This document shows, piece after piece, positions 1 to 9,173 of a DNA stretch of 52,687 nucleotides. Made by a program: the position numbers and the translations under genes. The number at the start of each line of letters is the position of its first letter. The first letter of the stretch is position 1. The notes under the pieces are model-generated. The model searched no databases. It had not been told where the DNA came from and worked only from the letters and a program-made list of their open reading frames with translations. Source of the stretch: Candidatus Binatia bacterium (GTDB taxonomy: Bacteria > Desulfobacterota > Binatia > HRBIN30); NCBI GenBank assembly GCA_046757585.1, contig JBHHYR010000003.1:1-52687 (forward strand), in the 5' to 3' direction.

Positions 1-2
1 GG

Positions 3-1046
3 CATCTCATCGAGGGTGCGCGCCAGCTGGGTTTGTTCGGCCTCAGTATTTCCCCGGAGTACGGGGGCCTCGGCCTGTCGGTACTCCAGAAAACGCTGGT
101 ACACGAAATGCTGGGGCGCGGCCCGTGGGGACTGGCGAGCTTCATCAGCGTGCACACGGGCATCGGCTGTGTCGGCATTACGCGGTTCGGCTCGGAGGCG
201 CAGAAGCGTCGCTACCTACCGAAAATGGCAACCGGGGAGTGGCTCGGTTCCTTCGCGCTCACGGAACCGGGCGCAGGTTCCGACGCCGCCGCCTTGCAGA
301 CACGCGCCGAACGGCGCGGCGACTGCTACATCTTGAATGGCCGCAAGACTTTCATCACGAACGCTCCCAAGGCCCATCAGCTGTTCCTGTTCGCGCGCAC
401 GGAGAAGGGTATCACCGCATTCATCGTCGATACCGATTCGCCTGGGCTGAGCATCGGAGCCGTGTTCGATACGCTCGGCCATCAAGGATCACGCATCTCG
501 GAGGTCGTGCTCGAGGAGTGCCGCATTCCGATCGAGGCCCGTGTCGGCGAGGAGGGGCACGGGTTCGAGTACGCCAAGCGCACGTTGGCGGAAGGGCGCA
601 CCACCTTGGCTGCGCGGTGCGTGGGCGCGGGGCAAAAGGCGCTGGAGCTGGCGCTCGCGTACGCGAATGAACGACACACGTTCGGCCAGCCCCTGGCGGA
701 ACACCAGTCGATCGCGTTCCGCCTGGCGCAGATGAGTGCGCGCGTCGAGGCAGCACGGTTGTTGGTGTACCGCAGCGCGTGGCTGCTCGATCGAGGTCAG
801 CCGGCGATACGCGAGTCTTCCACGGCCAAGCTCGTTGCGGCAGAACACGGTTGGCAGACGGTAGATGACGGCCTCCAGATCTTCGGCGGCAACGGCTACG
901 TCCGCGCCGAGTACATGATCGAGCGCATCTGGCGCGACCTACGCGTCGCACGCGTCTACGACGGGTCCAGCGAAGTACAACAGATGGTCATCGCGCGCCG
1001 GTTGCGCAGAGGCGATATCGCAACCGCTCTCGGCACCGAATCTTAA
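3..1046 (+). CDS. Acyl-CoA dehydrogenase (5'-partial)
   Basis: Frame open from the window edge; motifs FALTEPGAGSDA, LNGRKTFITN, R-x-x-FG-x-PL, QIFGGNGY, RVYDGSSEVQ. Confidence 0.95.
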   Translation, partial: HLIEGARQLGLFGLSISPEYGGLGLSVLQKTLVHEMLGRGPWGLASFISVHTGIGCVGITRFGSEAQKRRYLPKMATGEWLGSFALTEPGAGSDAAALQTRAERRGDCYILNGRKTFITNAPKAHQLFLFARTEKGITAFIVDTDSPGLSIGAVFDTLGHQGSRISEVVLEECRIPIEARVGEEGHGFEYAKRTLAEGRTTLAARCVGAGQKALELALAYANERHTFGQPLAEHQSIAFRLAQMSARVEAARLLVYRSAWLLDRGQPAIRESSTAKLVAAEHGWQTVDDGLQIFGGNGYVRAEYMIERIWRDLRVARVYDGSSEVQQMVIARRLRRGDIATALGTES

Positions 1047-1066
1047 GCACGGAGACGGCCCGCAAC

Positions 1067-1864
1067 TCAGCCCGCGGAGCCGAGCTTTCCGTGCCGCCGC
1101 AGCAGCTCAATGATGGGCGCATGGAGCCGCCCGTTGCTGGCGATGATCCCGGGCTGCCGGGTGTCGGGTTGGTTGAAGCGGAGCAGGTCTCCGTAACGGT
1201 TGGTGATCCGCCCCCCCGCCTCGGTGATCAGGCCTGCACCCGCACAGATGTCCCATTCGTTCTTCGGTGTCAGGCTGAAGGTGGCGTCACCGCGTCCTGC
1301 AGCGATCAACGCCAACTTGTATGCCACGCTACCGGTGAGTTCGACTTGCAGACTCGTCTGGAAGGCATCCCACTCCCCGCGTGCCGCCTCGGAGCGGCTG
1401 GCAAGAACGCGAGCCGTGGCGAGATCGCCCGCGTCACTGACATGCACCGGCGTCCGGTTGTAGGTCACCCCCGAGCCGCGCTCCGCCGCGAACAGTTCGT
1501 CACGTATCGGATTGTAGCACACGCCGAGCACGGGAACGCCGTGCTCGACGAGCGCGATGCTGACACAGAATTCCGGGATATGGTGGATGAACTCTTTCGT
1601 CCCGTCCAGCGGGTCGACCACCCATACGCGTGCCTTGCCGAGACGCTCCGGGGAATCTCGCGTCTCCTCCGACAGCCAGCCGTCGTGGGTGAACGCGCCA
1701 CGAATCAGTGCCTGAATACGCCGGTCGGCGTCCGTATCGGCTTCCGTAACCGGGCTGTCGCGTCCTTTTTCGCGGACGCTGTACGAGCCTTCGTACCGCG
1801 CCCGGATGATAGCACCAGCGGCGTGTGCCGCCTCGATTGCTGCTGTGAGCTCGCGCGAAGCCAT
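1067..1864 (-). CDS. cysQ: 3'(2'),5'-bisphosphate nucleotidase CysQ-like / inositol monophosphatase family
   Basis: SPVTEAD, LSEE, WVVDPLDGTKEF, ASRS, EWDICAG motifs; start placed at ATG 1864 (MASRELT). Confidence 0.8.
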   Translation of the reverse strand: MASRELTAAIEAAHAAGAIIRARYEGSYSVREKGRDSPVTEADTDADRRIQALIRGAFTHDGWLSEETRDSPERLGKARVWVVDPLDGTKEFIHHIPEFCVSIALVEHGVPVLGVCYNPIRDELFAAERGSGVTYNRTPVHVSDAGDLATARVLASRSEAARGEWDAFQTSLQVELTGSVAYKLALIAAGRGDATFSLTPKNEWDICAGAGLITEAGGRITNRYGDLLRFNQPDTRQPGIIASNGRLHAPIIELLRRHGKLGSAG

Positions 1865-2106
1865 GGGTGACCCAGCGGTGATGCCAGGTCCGTGGAGGGG
1901 ATGCCTATCAGCCTCCCTGGCGTGAATCAATCTCGCCCGCGCACCGCAACGCCCACGTTGCAAGGGCTGGATTCCCTTGACTCCCCGCTGGGCATCATGC
2001 AGGGTCAGTCGGGCCGGCGTCGCAGCTCCGCCACGTCACAGATGGCGCACACATGCCCGCAGGGGAAACGCGCCGGGACTGACGCCCGCTACGGAAGGGA
2101 GGCAGC

Positions 2107-2988
2107 ATGATCTCCGCGCAAGAGCGATATCCCAAGAAGCGCGCCCAAGTGCTGGGGACGCAGATGGCTTACGTCGAGGCGGGTGCCGGGCAGCCGATTG
2201 TCTTCCTCCACGGGAATCCGACATCGTCGTACCTGTGGCGGAATGTCATTCCACACATGGAGACCCTTGGGCGTTGCATTGCCCCCGATCTCATCGGCAT
2301 GGGTGATTCGGCCAAGCTCGACCATAGTGGCCCCGGCAGTTACCGCTTCGTCGAACATCGCCGATATCTCGATGCGCTGTTGGCCCACCTCGGCGTCACG
2401 CGTGACGTCACGTTCGTCATCCACGACTGGGGCTCCGCGCTCGGCTTCGATTGGGCCAACCGGCACCGCGAGGCGGTCAAGGGGATTGCGTATATGGAGG
2501 CCATTGTGACACCTATGACTTGGGACCAGTGGCCGAAGGCCGTCGCGCCTATCTTCCAGGCCCTGCGCTCGCCAGCGGGCGAGCAGATGATCCTGGAGCA
2601 GAACATGTTCGTCGAGCAGATCCTGCCGGGAGCCGTCCTACGCCAGCTCACCGAGGAAGAGATGCAGGCCTATCGGCGACCGTTTGCCCAGCCGGGCGAG
2701 GGCCGGCGACCCATGCTGACGTGGCCGCGGGAGATCCCCATAGACGGCGAGCCGGCGGACGTGGCGGCAATCGTCACCGCCTATGGGGCGTGGCTCAAGA
2801 CTTGCGACGTCCCGAAGCTCTGCATTGAGGCGGAGCCCGGCGCGATCCTGCGCGGCCCTGCGCGTGAGTTCTGCCGCACCTGGGCCCACCAGTCCGAAGC
2901 GAAAGTCAAAGGCGTTCACTTCGTGCAGGAAGATTCGCCCGACGAGGTTGGCGCAGCCGTCGCGCACTGGCTCAAGTCTCTGGGCTGA
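2107..2988 (+). CDS. dhaA: Haloalkane dehalogenase (LinB/DhaA subfamily, alpha/beta hydrolase)
   Basis: HGNPTSSYLWRN, nucleophile HDWGSALG, YMEA (Glu), GVHFVQED (His); RBS GGAGG upstream. Confidence 0.93.
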   Translation: MISAQERYPKKRAQVLGTQMAYVEAGAGQPIVFLHGNPTSSYLWRNVIPHMETLGRCIAPDLIGMGDSAKLDHSGPGSYRFVEHRRYLDALLAHLGVTRDVTFVIHDWGSALGFDWANRHREAVKGIAYMEAIVTPMTWDQWPKAVAPIFQALRSPAGEQMILEQNMFVEQILPGAVLRQLTEEEMQAYRRPFAQPGEGRRPMLTWPREIPIDGEPADVAAIVTAYGAWLKTCDVPKLCIEAEPGAILRGPAREFCRTWAHQSEAKVKGVHFVQEDSPDEVGAAVAHWLKSLG

Positions 2989-3180
2989 CACGCGCTGACC
3001 CAATGACGAGGTGAAGACTCGCGAGGTCGGCCCCAACCGGTCATTGCACCCCCCTCTTCTGCCGTGCGGTGTGCGCAAGGCAGACGGAACAGCGGGGAGA
3101 GTTCTGCCTGCACACCGCCGTACCGAACGGCGCCGATCCAGCCCCTCGACGCGCTGTTCACAACAGCTGCACGTGTTCTT

Positions 3181-4101
3181 GTGGACCAGGTGGTCCATGG
3201 CACGGGGAGGAGAGCAACGGGACCATCGATCGTTCTGACGGCATTGTTGCTGTTCTCCAACGTCAACATGTTGGAGGGGCATGGCGTGCAGCAACCGACG
3301 AAGCGTCTCCTCCGGCACAAACCGCCGGCTCAGCAGGCACGCACGCAACGCCTGATCACGTACCGGCTAGAGGCACGGGTGGCGAACCGTGGAAACCTAT
3401 GGCGTCGGTTCACCGAACGGCAACTGCGGTTGCTCGAGCTCCTCAACCGCTGCGACCTCAACCATCTGACACGGCAGGCCCGCCTGGTCGTTCCAGACCG
3501 CTGGAACCTCGACCCGCTCGCCTACAGCCCGCTCCCCCGGCGTTACGCCTGGGCCGAGCCGTACCCGAAAGTCCTCGTTGTCCATCAGCCGTCACAGGCT
3601 TTCGGCGGCTACGAACGCGGGAACCTCATCCGCTGGGGACCGGTGAGTTCGGGGCGGGCGCAGTATCCGACGCCCACGGGTCTCTTCCACCTGAATTGGA
3701 AGTCCCGCGGGCGCCAGAGCACGCTGAACCCCCACTGGTTCCTCAAATGGTACTTCAACTTCTCCAACGTGCGTGGCATCTCGTTCCACGCCTACGGCCT
3801 GCCAGGCTTCCCCGCAAGTCACGCCTGCGTGCGACTGCTGGACCGGGATGCACGGTGGCTATTCACCTGGGGCGAGCAGTGGCAGCTAGGACCGCGGGGT
3901 ATTTCCATTCTGCGGCCTGGTACCCCTGTGCGCATAGTGGGGCGCTATCAGTTCAACGCGCCGCCCCCTTGGCGCTCGCTGCCGTGGTTGCAGCGGGGTG
4001 CTGACCTCCCCGAGGGTGCGCCTCTCCTTGAGACCAGTTCCATTACGGCTCTGCGGCCTCCTCCGCTCCGGGGCAGCGGGCGACCACCTCTCCCCCAGTG
4101 A
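3181..4101 (+). CDS. L,D-transpeptidase family protein (start uncertain, 3064-3268)
   Basis: GPVSSG...PTPTG and catalytic ISFH...PASHACVRL; hydrophobic N-terminal segment; convergent 59-nt overlap with the Rieske gene. Confidence 0.85.
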   Translation: MDQVVHGTGRRATGPSIVLTALLLFSNVNMLEGHGVQQPTKRLLRHKPPAQQARTQRLITYRLEARVANRGNLWRRFTERQLRLLELLNRCDLNHLTRQARLVVPDRWNLDPLAYSPLPRRYAWAEPYPKVLVVHQPSQAFGGYERGNLIRWGPVSSGRAQYPTPTGLFHLNWKSRGRQSTLNPHWFLKWYFNFSNVRGISFHAYGLPGFPASHACVRLLDRDARWLFTWGEQWQLGPRGISILRPGTPVRIVGRYQFNAPPPWRSLPWLQRGADLPEGAPLLETSSITALRPPPLRGSGRPPLPQ

Positions 4102-4420
4102 CGGTCAGGGGCACCACGGTCAGGAACTGGCCGGCAGGCGGGCCCGTCACACACTCACCGGTATCCGCGCGGTAGCAGGCGCCGTGAGTGGCGCACTGGA
4201 TGTACTCCTTGTCGTCGGTGAAAAACTGATTCTCGATCCAATCCAGGGTCATCGGGACGTGGCAGCAGCGATTGACGTACGCGTAAAGCGTGCCGCCGTG
4301 ATTCACCACGAAGCACTCTTCCTCACGGTTGCCACACTGCAGGAAGAATTTCTTGGACTGCCCCGGCTGCAGCTCACCGGCGCGGGCGACCACGACCGAC
4401 CCGTTCTTTTTACCGGTCAT
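4043..4420 (-). CDS. Rieske [2Fe-2S] ferredoxin
   Basis: C-C-H (NRCCH) and CATHGA Rieske motifs, G-x-C-x-x-GP. Confidence 0.9.
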   Translation of the reverse strand: MTGKKNGSVVVARAGELQPGQSKKFFLQCGNREEECFVVNHGGTLYAYVNRCCHVPMTLDWIENQFFTDDKEYIQCATHGACYRADTGECVTGPPAGQFLTVVPLTVTGGEVVARCPGAEEAAEP

Positions 4421-4427
4421 GGCCGCC

Positions 4428-4436
4428 ACGTTACCA
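4428..4436 (-). promoter_or_regulatory. Extended -10 (TGGTAACGT), leaderless promoter of the Rieske gene
   Basis: TGnTAnnnT ends 7 nt before ATG 4420; no Shine-Dalgarno. Confidence 0.5.
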
Positions 4437-4516
4437 CACGCCAGGTGCGGATTGAACTTCGCCGCAGGGGTGACGGCCGGGCAAGCAGCGACGTGGCCCG
4501 CGAGCAGGCTGCCTCG

Positions 4517-7366
4517 TTACGCCTGGCCCGACCGTTCCTCCGCCACCTTGGTGACTTGAACTCGTGTGCCCCGCGGGCAATAGCAGGGGGCAGCAAGGCC
4601 GGTTCGATAGTGCAGCTGGCCGTAGTCGCCGACCAGGTGGAGTGATTTGAGCGGAGAGGGGATCGAATTCTGACTGCTCTGCCAATCCGCGAACTGATAC
4701 GGTTCCCAGGCGTGATAGATGATTACCTGCCCTGGTTGCACGGCGGGCGATAGCTTGACGGATACCCGGAAATTGCCGCTGTCATTTTGAACCAGCGCCG
4801 TGTTGTGGTCGGCGATCTCCCGCACCGCGGCATCGGTTGGGTTCATGTACATAACCGGCGTGCCCCGCTGGAGCCGGAGCATGTGTCGTTCATCCCGCCA
4901 GATGGCATGGATGGACCAGCGGGTGTGGCCGCCGGTCAGGCTGAGCGGATAACGTCCGCCCACCGCAGGCAAGGCTTTGTAGCACGGGAGTTCCTCGCCA
5001 GCGCTCAGAAACCAGGGGTGGTCGAGGTAAAACTGCTGGCGCCCGGTGAGCGTCGGCCAGGGCTCCTTGTGCTCGACGAACCACTGCGACGGGCTCACCG
5101 TCTGTCCTGGAACGAAATCGCTGCATACGCCGTTCACAGGATTGTACATCCCGAGTGCCCGTATCGGGACCGCGCCCTTCTTTGCCACTTCGGCCCAGTG
5201 AAGGCCTTTGGTGGGTTCGGAATCGGTCACGATGCGCTCGAGTGCCTTCTCTTCATCCTCCACCGGAAACGCTCCCTGGCTGCTCCAGGACTGGTAGAGA
5301 GTCGTGAGGTCATGTTCCATGTCCAGCGCGTCGCGGTACGGTTCCACCGCTCGCGTGACCGCGCGCTCCTGCAGGCGGCGCGCGAGCAGGCCGAAGATTT
5401 CCCACTCACTCTTTGCTTCTGCGAGAGGCTCGACGGCCTTGTCGCCCGCAACGACGTACGGAAGATAGCTCTGAGCATACTTGATGCCGCGCTTTTCGTA
5501 ATAGCCGGCAGCCGGTAGGACGATGTCGGATTTCAGAGCGGTCGTGCTGAGGCGGAAGTCCGCCGAGACGACTAGCCTGAGCTTCGGCCACAGATGTTTC
5601 TCCACGATGTGTGGCGCTGGCCAGCGCCGCAGCGGATTGCCGCCGGTGCACACGAGGACCTGGGGATCCTGGCCGGGCCTCGGAAAGACGGGCATCCATC
5701 GTTGGCCGAGGGCCTCCTTGACACGGGATTCCCAGGCGGGGTCGGCCTGGCTGAGCCCGCCGTGGATCGCGAGCCAGAGCAGGGTCGGCGTGAAGAGATA
5801 TCTCTGCCGCATCATTTTCGTCAGGTAGGTTTCGATGGTTCGGGTCGGCGGCCTGAACCAGCGCAACAGCGGAGCGATGTAGAAGGGGGGTTCATAAGCG
5901 CCAGCCAGTGTTTCGAACCCACTCATGCTCCACCACGCCGCTACCCGCAGACCGCCACCGCGTCTTCCCTGATTTCCGGTCAGCGCGAGCAGCAGGATGA
6001 GGGCCCGGTGCAGCAAGTCGCTGTGGTAGTGTTTGCAGGCACCGTAGGAAGCGACAATCATCGCTCTTTTCGCGGCGGCTAGTTGGCGTGCCAGCCGCGT
6101 GATCAGCTCCGCACGCACACCGCTGACCGATTCGGCCCATTGCGGCGTACAGGTGGCAAGGTGTTCCCGTGCGATTTCGCATACCGGCCGCACCACAACC
6201 CTTCGCCCCTCGCGTAAAGTCACCTCGAACTTTCCCTCGAGAGGGGGGGCCGCGTCACCAAGTGTCAGGCGCCGAAACGACCAGTCGCCTTGTGTGCCGG
6301 GTGCCCGCCTCGGCCGACCCCGCTTGGCATCCCAGAAGTAAAAGACGTCGGCGCGCCCGCCATGCCGTAGATCCTGCTCGCGCAGGAGGCGGCCCGTATC
6401 GACGCGTACCAAGAACGGCAGGTCAGTCTGTTCCTTGACGTAGTCGGCGTCGAAGAGCTTCTCATCCAGGATGACTTGTGCCATGGCCAGGGCGAGCGCG
6501 GTATCCGTGCCGACCTTGGGGTTCAGCCAAAGGTCGGCGTGCATGGCGGTTGCATTGTAATCCGGGGTCAGCACAACCAGCCGGGTCCCGTGGTAGCGCG
6601 CCTCGGTCAGGAAGTGGGCATCAGGAATACGCGTGTAGGTCGGATTCATGCACCAGACGAGGAGGATGTCGGCATGCATCCAGTCGTCTGCGGTGCCGTC
6701 CACGAATCCCATGCCCCACGTTTGCACCGCTCCCATCGGCACGTCTCCGACGCCGGCGCCGTTGGAGTCCAGCGTCGTTGCTCCGAGGAGATGGAAGAAG
6801 CGCATTTCCGCCGCCGTATCCGGCCCAAAGCCCACGTTGGTGGTGCCTCCTTCGTAGATGACGCATTCGGACCCGTTGATCAGGCAGGTGTCAATGATCA
6901 CATCGGCGATCTCGGTGAATGCCTGGTCCCAGGAAATCCGCTGCCAGCGCCCACTTCCGCGTGCGCCAAGGCGTCTCAGCGGATACTTGAGCCGCGCCGG
7001 ACTGTACATGAGCGCACTGTAACAGGCGCCCTTCTGGCACCCGCGCGGGTTGAAGTCGGGCAGGGACGGATTCGTTTGCTGGTAGATTGCTGCCTGCTCC
7101 TCACGCCAAACCATCCCGTCCTTGACGTAAACGTCCCACGCACAAGCGGACAAGCAGTTCGCGCGCAGGTGCGTACCCCTGACCACAGCGTCCCATCGCC
7201 ACTGCTGCCGGTAGAGATCCTCCCAGCTGCGGTACGTGTCCCGCCCCGCGGATCCTCGCCGGGGGTCTGCCCGAGCAGGCCGCAGCGAGAGCCGCCGCAA
7301 CGACAATGGCAAGGCCGTGGTTCCTGCCACCTTGAGGAAGGCACGGCGCGTGAACGCAAGCGTCAT
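4517..7366 (-). CDS. Molybdopterin oxidoreductase alpha subunit, DMSO reductase family type II (EbdA / steroid C25 dehydrogenase / NarG-like), Tat-exported
   Basis: Tat motif TRRAFLK; FS0 motif H-x4-C-x3-C-x34-C (THLRANCLSAC...NPRGCQKG); Mo-ligand Asp in GVGDVPMG; SDIVLPAA; TLTGRQQFY; HTRWSIH; YHAW. Confidence 0.92.
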   Translation of the reverse strand: MTLAFTRRAFLKVAGTTALPLSLRRLSLRPARADPRRGSAGRDTYRSWEDLYRQQWRWDAVVRGTHLRANCLSACAWDVYVKDGMVWREEQAAIYQQTNPSLPDFNPRGCQKGACYSALMYSPARLKYPLRRLGARGSGRWQRISWDQAFTEIADVIIDTCLINGSECVIYEGGTTNVGFGPDTAAEMRFFHLLGATTLDSNGAGVGDVPMGAVQTWGMGFVDGTADDWMHADILLVWCMNPTYTRIPDAHFLTEARYHGTRLVVLTPDYNATAMHADLWLNPKVGTDTALALAMAQVILDEKLFDADYVKEQTDLPFLVRVDTGRLLREQDLRHGGRADVFYFWDAKRGRPRRAPGTQGDWSFRRLTLGDAAPPLEGKFEVTLREGRRVVVRPVCEIAREHLATCTPQWAESVSGVRAELITRLARQLAAAKRAMIVASYGACKHYHSDLLHRALILLLALTGNQGRRGGGLRVAAWWSMSGFETLAGAYEPPFYIAPLLRWFRPPTRTIETYLTKMMRQRYLFTPTLLWLAIHGGLSQADPAWESRVKEALGQRWMPVFPRPGQDPQVLVCTGGNPLRRWPAPHIVEKHLWPKLRLVVSADFRLSTTALKSDIVLPAAGYYEKRGIKYAQSYLPYVVAGDKAVEPLAEAKSEWEIFGLLARRLQERAVTRAVEPYRDALDMEHDLTTLYQSWSSQGAFPVEDEEKALERIVTDSEPTKGLHWAEVAKKGAVPIRALGMYNPVNGVCSDFVPGQTVSPSQWFVEHKEPWPTLTGRQQFYLDHPWFLSAGEELPCYKALPAVGGRYPLSLTGGHTRWSIHAIWRDERHMLRLQRGTPVMYMNPTDAAVREIADHNTALVQNDSGNFRVSVKLSPAVQPGQVIIYHAWEPYQFADWQSSQNSIPSPLKSLHLVGDYGQLHYRTGLAAPCYCPRGTRVQVTKVAEERSGQA

Positions 7367-7477
7367 CCTGGAAGCCGACTCGTGCAGCACCCACCACGAG
7401 CCCGTCTGTCTCACCTCCCGCAGTCGATCTCTGACGAATCGAAGAGCTGCAGCCGAGGGCCGAAATCACATTTCAAG

Positions 7478-7491
7478 TTGACGGATGTCAG
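7478..7491. promoter_or_regulatory. FNR/CRP-family-like box TTGAC-GGAT-GTCAG upstream of the molybdoenzyme
   Basis: Similar to TTGAY-N4-RTCAA; adjacent palindrome GAAAT-CAC-ATTTC at 7462-7474. Confidence 0.4.
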
Positions 7492-7527
7492 CACCCACGG
7501 CCTCCGGGCAGGTGGCCGCGGCGCGGC

Positions 7528-9087
7528 CTACCTGTTCAGCGCCCGCAGTGCGCGCTTGTCCACTTTGAACATCGGGGTCAGTGGCAGCTCCGGGAGCACC
7601 GTGAGGCTGTCGGGTCGCTTGAAGCTGGCCAGCTCGGCACCGACGAAAGCGCGGAGCTCAGCAAGCGTCGGCGGCGTCGCCGGATCCCGCGGCACGACGA
7701 ACGCCCACCCTCGTTCGCCGAAGACCTCGTCGGGAACTCCAACGACGGCGGCGCGTGCCACCTTCGGATGCTGGCCGAGGAGATCCTCGATTTCCGCCGG
7801 GTAGACGTTGTAGCCGCCGCGGATGAACATTTCACTCTGACGGCCGCGTAGGTGGAGGTACCCGGCGGCGTCGAGGTAGCCCATGTCGCCCGTGTGGACC
7901 CACCCGTCGCCGTCAATGGCAGCGGCTGTTGCCTCGGGGTTCCGCCAGTAACCGCGCATGGTGGCCGGGGAGCGTATCGTTACCTCGCCCACCTCGTGAG
8001 ACGGCAGCGGCTGGTTACGGTTATTCACGATGCGCAGCTCGACGCCCGGCGTAGGTTTGCCCACCGTCGTTGTCAGGACCTCCGGCGGATCGTCCGGGAG
8101 CGAGGCAGTGGCGATGCCCACTTCCGTCGAGGAGTAGCGTACACTGATCCGCACATGGAGGGTATCCTGGATGCGGCGGATGAGCTCGGGGGACGACGGG
8201 GCCCCGCCAAGCAGCACGGACCGCAGCGACGACAGGTCGCGCCGCGGCCGATCGGGGTGGTCGAGCAGCATCACGATCTGCGTCGGAATGCCGCCCAAGT
8301 GTGTCAGGCGCTCGCGTTCGATGACCTCGAGCACCGCAGCTGGATTGAACGCGTCATGAATCAACGACGCCCCGAGGTGTCCGATCTGAATACCGATACG
8401 TGCCATCGTACCAATGTGAGCAAAGGAAAGTCCCGCAGCCAGATGCTTCTGAAAGGGCATCACGCCAGCCGCGGAGCGCCGCGTGTCAATCTCAGCCAAA
8501 GCGAGCACGTTGCGATGCGTGTACCATGCCCCTTTCGGGGCGCCGGTCGTGCCACTCGTGAAAACGATCGCCACCGGATCATCGGGCTTTACCGGCACGA
8601 ACGCTGGCCGGTCTCCAACGCCGGCGATGTCAGTTACGACTTGCACCGTGGTCATTGCCTGCACGCTGCTCGCGGGTACCCAGAGAACGTCCCGCAGCGC
8701 GGGAAGCTCGCCACGTAGCGGATCGACGGCACCACGGAAGTCGGCTCCGTGCCAGGTATCGACTGCGAGCAGGATGGCCGCGCCCGAGCACCGCAGGATG
8801 TGTGCAATCTCCGTACGGCGGTAACGGGCGTTGATGCCTGTGGTCACTGCACCGAGACGCGCCGCAGCGAGGTAGGTGACGAGATACAGCGGCGTCGACG
8901 GTAGCAGCAGCGCCACCACATCACCCCGCCGGACGCCGTGCGCCCAAAGCGCCGCGGCCATCCCGTCTGCGAGCGTGTCCCAGTCACGGTACGTGAGGCG
9001 CTCCGCGCGGTAGCGGAAGGCTTCCGCGCCAGGCGCCTGGCGTGCCGCGGCCCGCAGCAGATCCGGGAGGGTCGGGGCGACCAGCAT
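7528..9087 (-). CDS. AMP-dependent acyl-CoA ligase (class I adenylate-forming)
   Basis: FTSGTTGAPKG, YSSTE, HTGDMG, GGYNVYPAEIE, C-terminal K. Confidence 0.93.
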   Translation of the reverse strand: MLVAPTLPDLLRAAARQAPGAEAFRYRAERLTYRDWDTLADGMAAALWAHGVRRGDVVALLLPSTPLYLVTYLAAARLGAVTTGINARYRRTEIAHILRCSGAAILLAVDTWHGADFRGAVDPLRGELPALRDVLWVPASSVQAMTTVQVVTDIAGVGDRPAFVPVKPDDPVAIVFTSGTTGAPKGAWYTHRNVLALAEIDTRRSAAGVMPFQKHLAAGLSFAHIGTMARIGIQIGHLGASLIHDAFNPAAVLEVIERERLTHLGGIPTQIVMLLDHPDRPRRDLSSLRSVLLGGAPSSPELIRRIQDTLHVRISVRYSSTEVGIATASLPDDPPEVLTTTVGKPTPGVELRIVNNRNQPLPSHEVGEVTIRSPATMRGYWRNPEATAAAIDGDGWVHTGDMGYLDAAGYLHLRGRQSEMFIRGGYNVYPAEIEDLLGQHPKVARAAVVGVPDEVFGERGWAFVVPRDPATPPTLAELRAFVGAELASFKRPDSLTVLPELPLTPMFKVDKRALRALNR

Positions 9088-9173
9088 GCGCTCACGCGAA
9101 GCACGAGCACGGGTCAAGGTTCACCTGCCAGCCCGCAGACCGTCATCGCCCTTCCACGGCCCCCTGGACGGCC

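Noticed and set aside
2040-2076. CCC-GCA-GGG-GAAAC as a hammerhead ribozyme
   Set aside because: I found no CUGAnGA core on either strand.
4517-7366. Respiratory nitrate reductase narG
   Set aside because: At about 950 aa it is much shorter than NarG and there is no narHJI, so it fits the EbdA-sized type II enzymes better.
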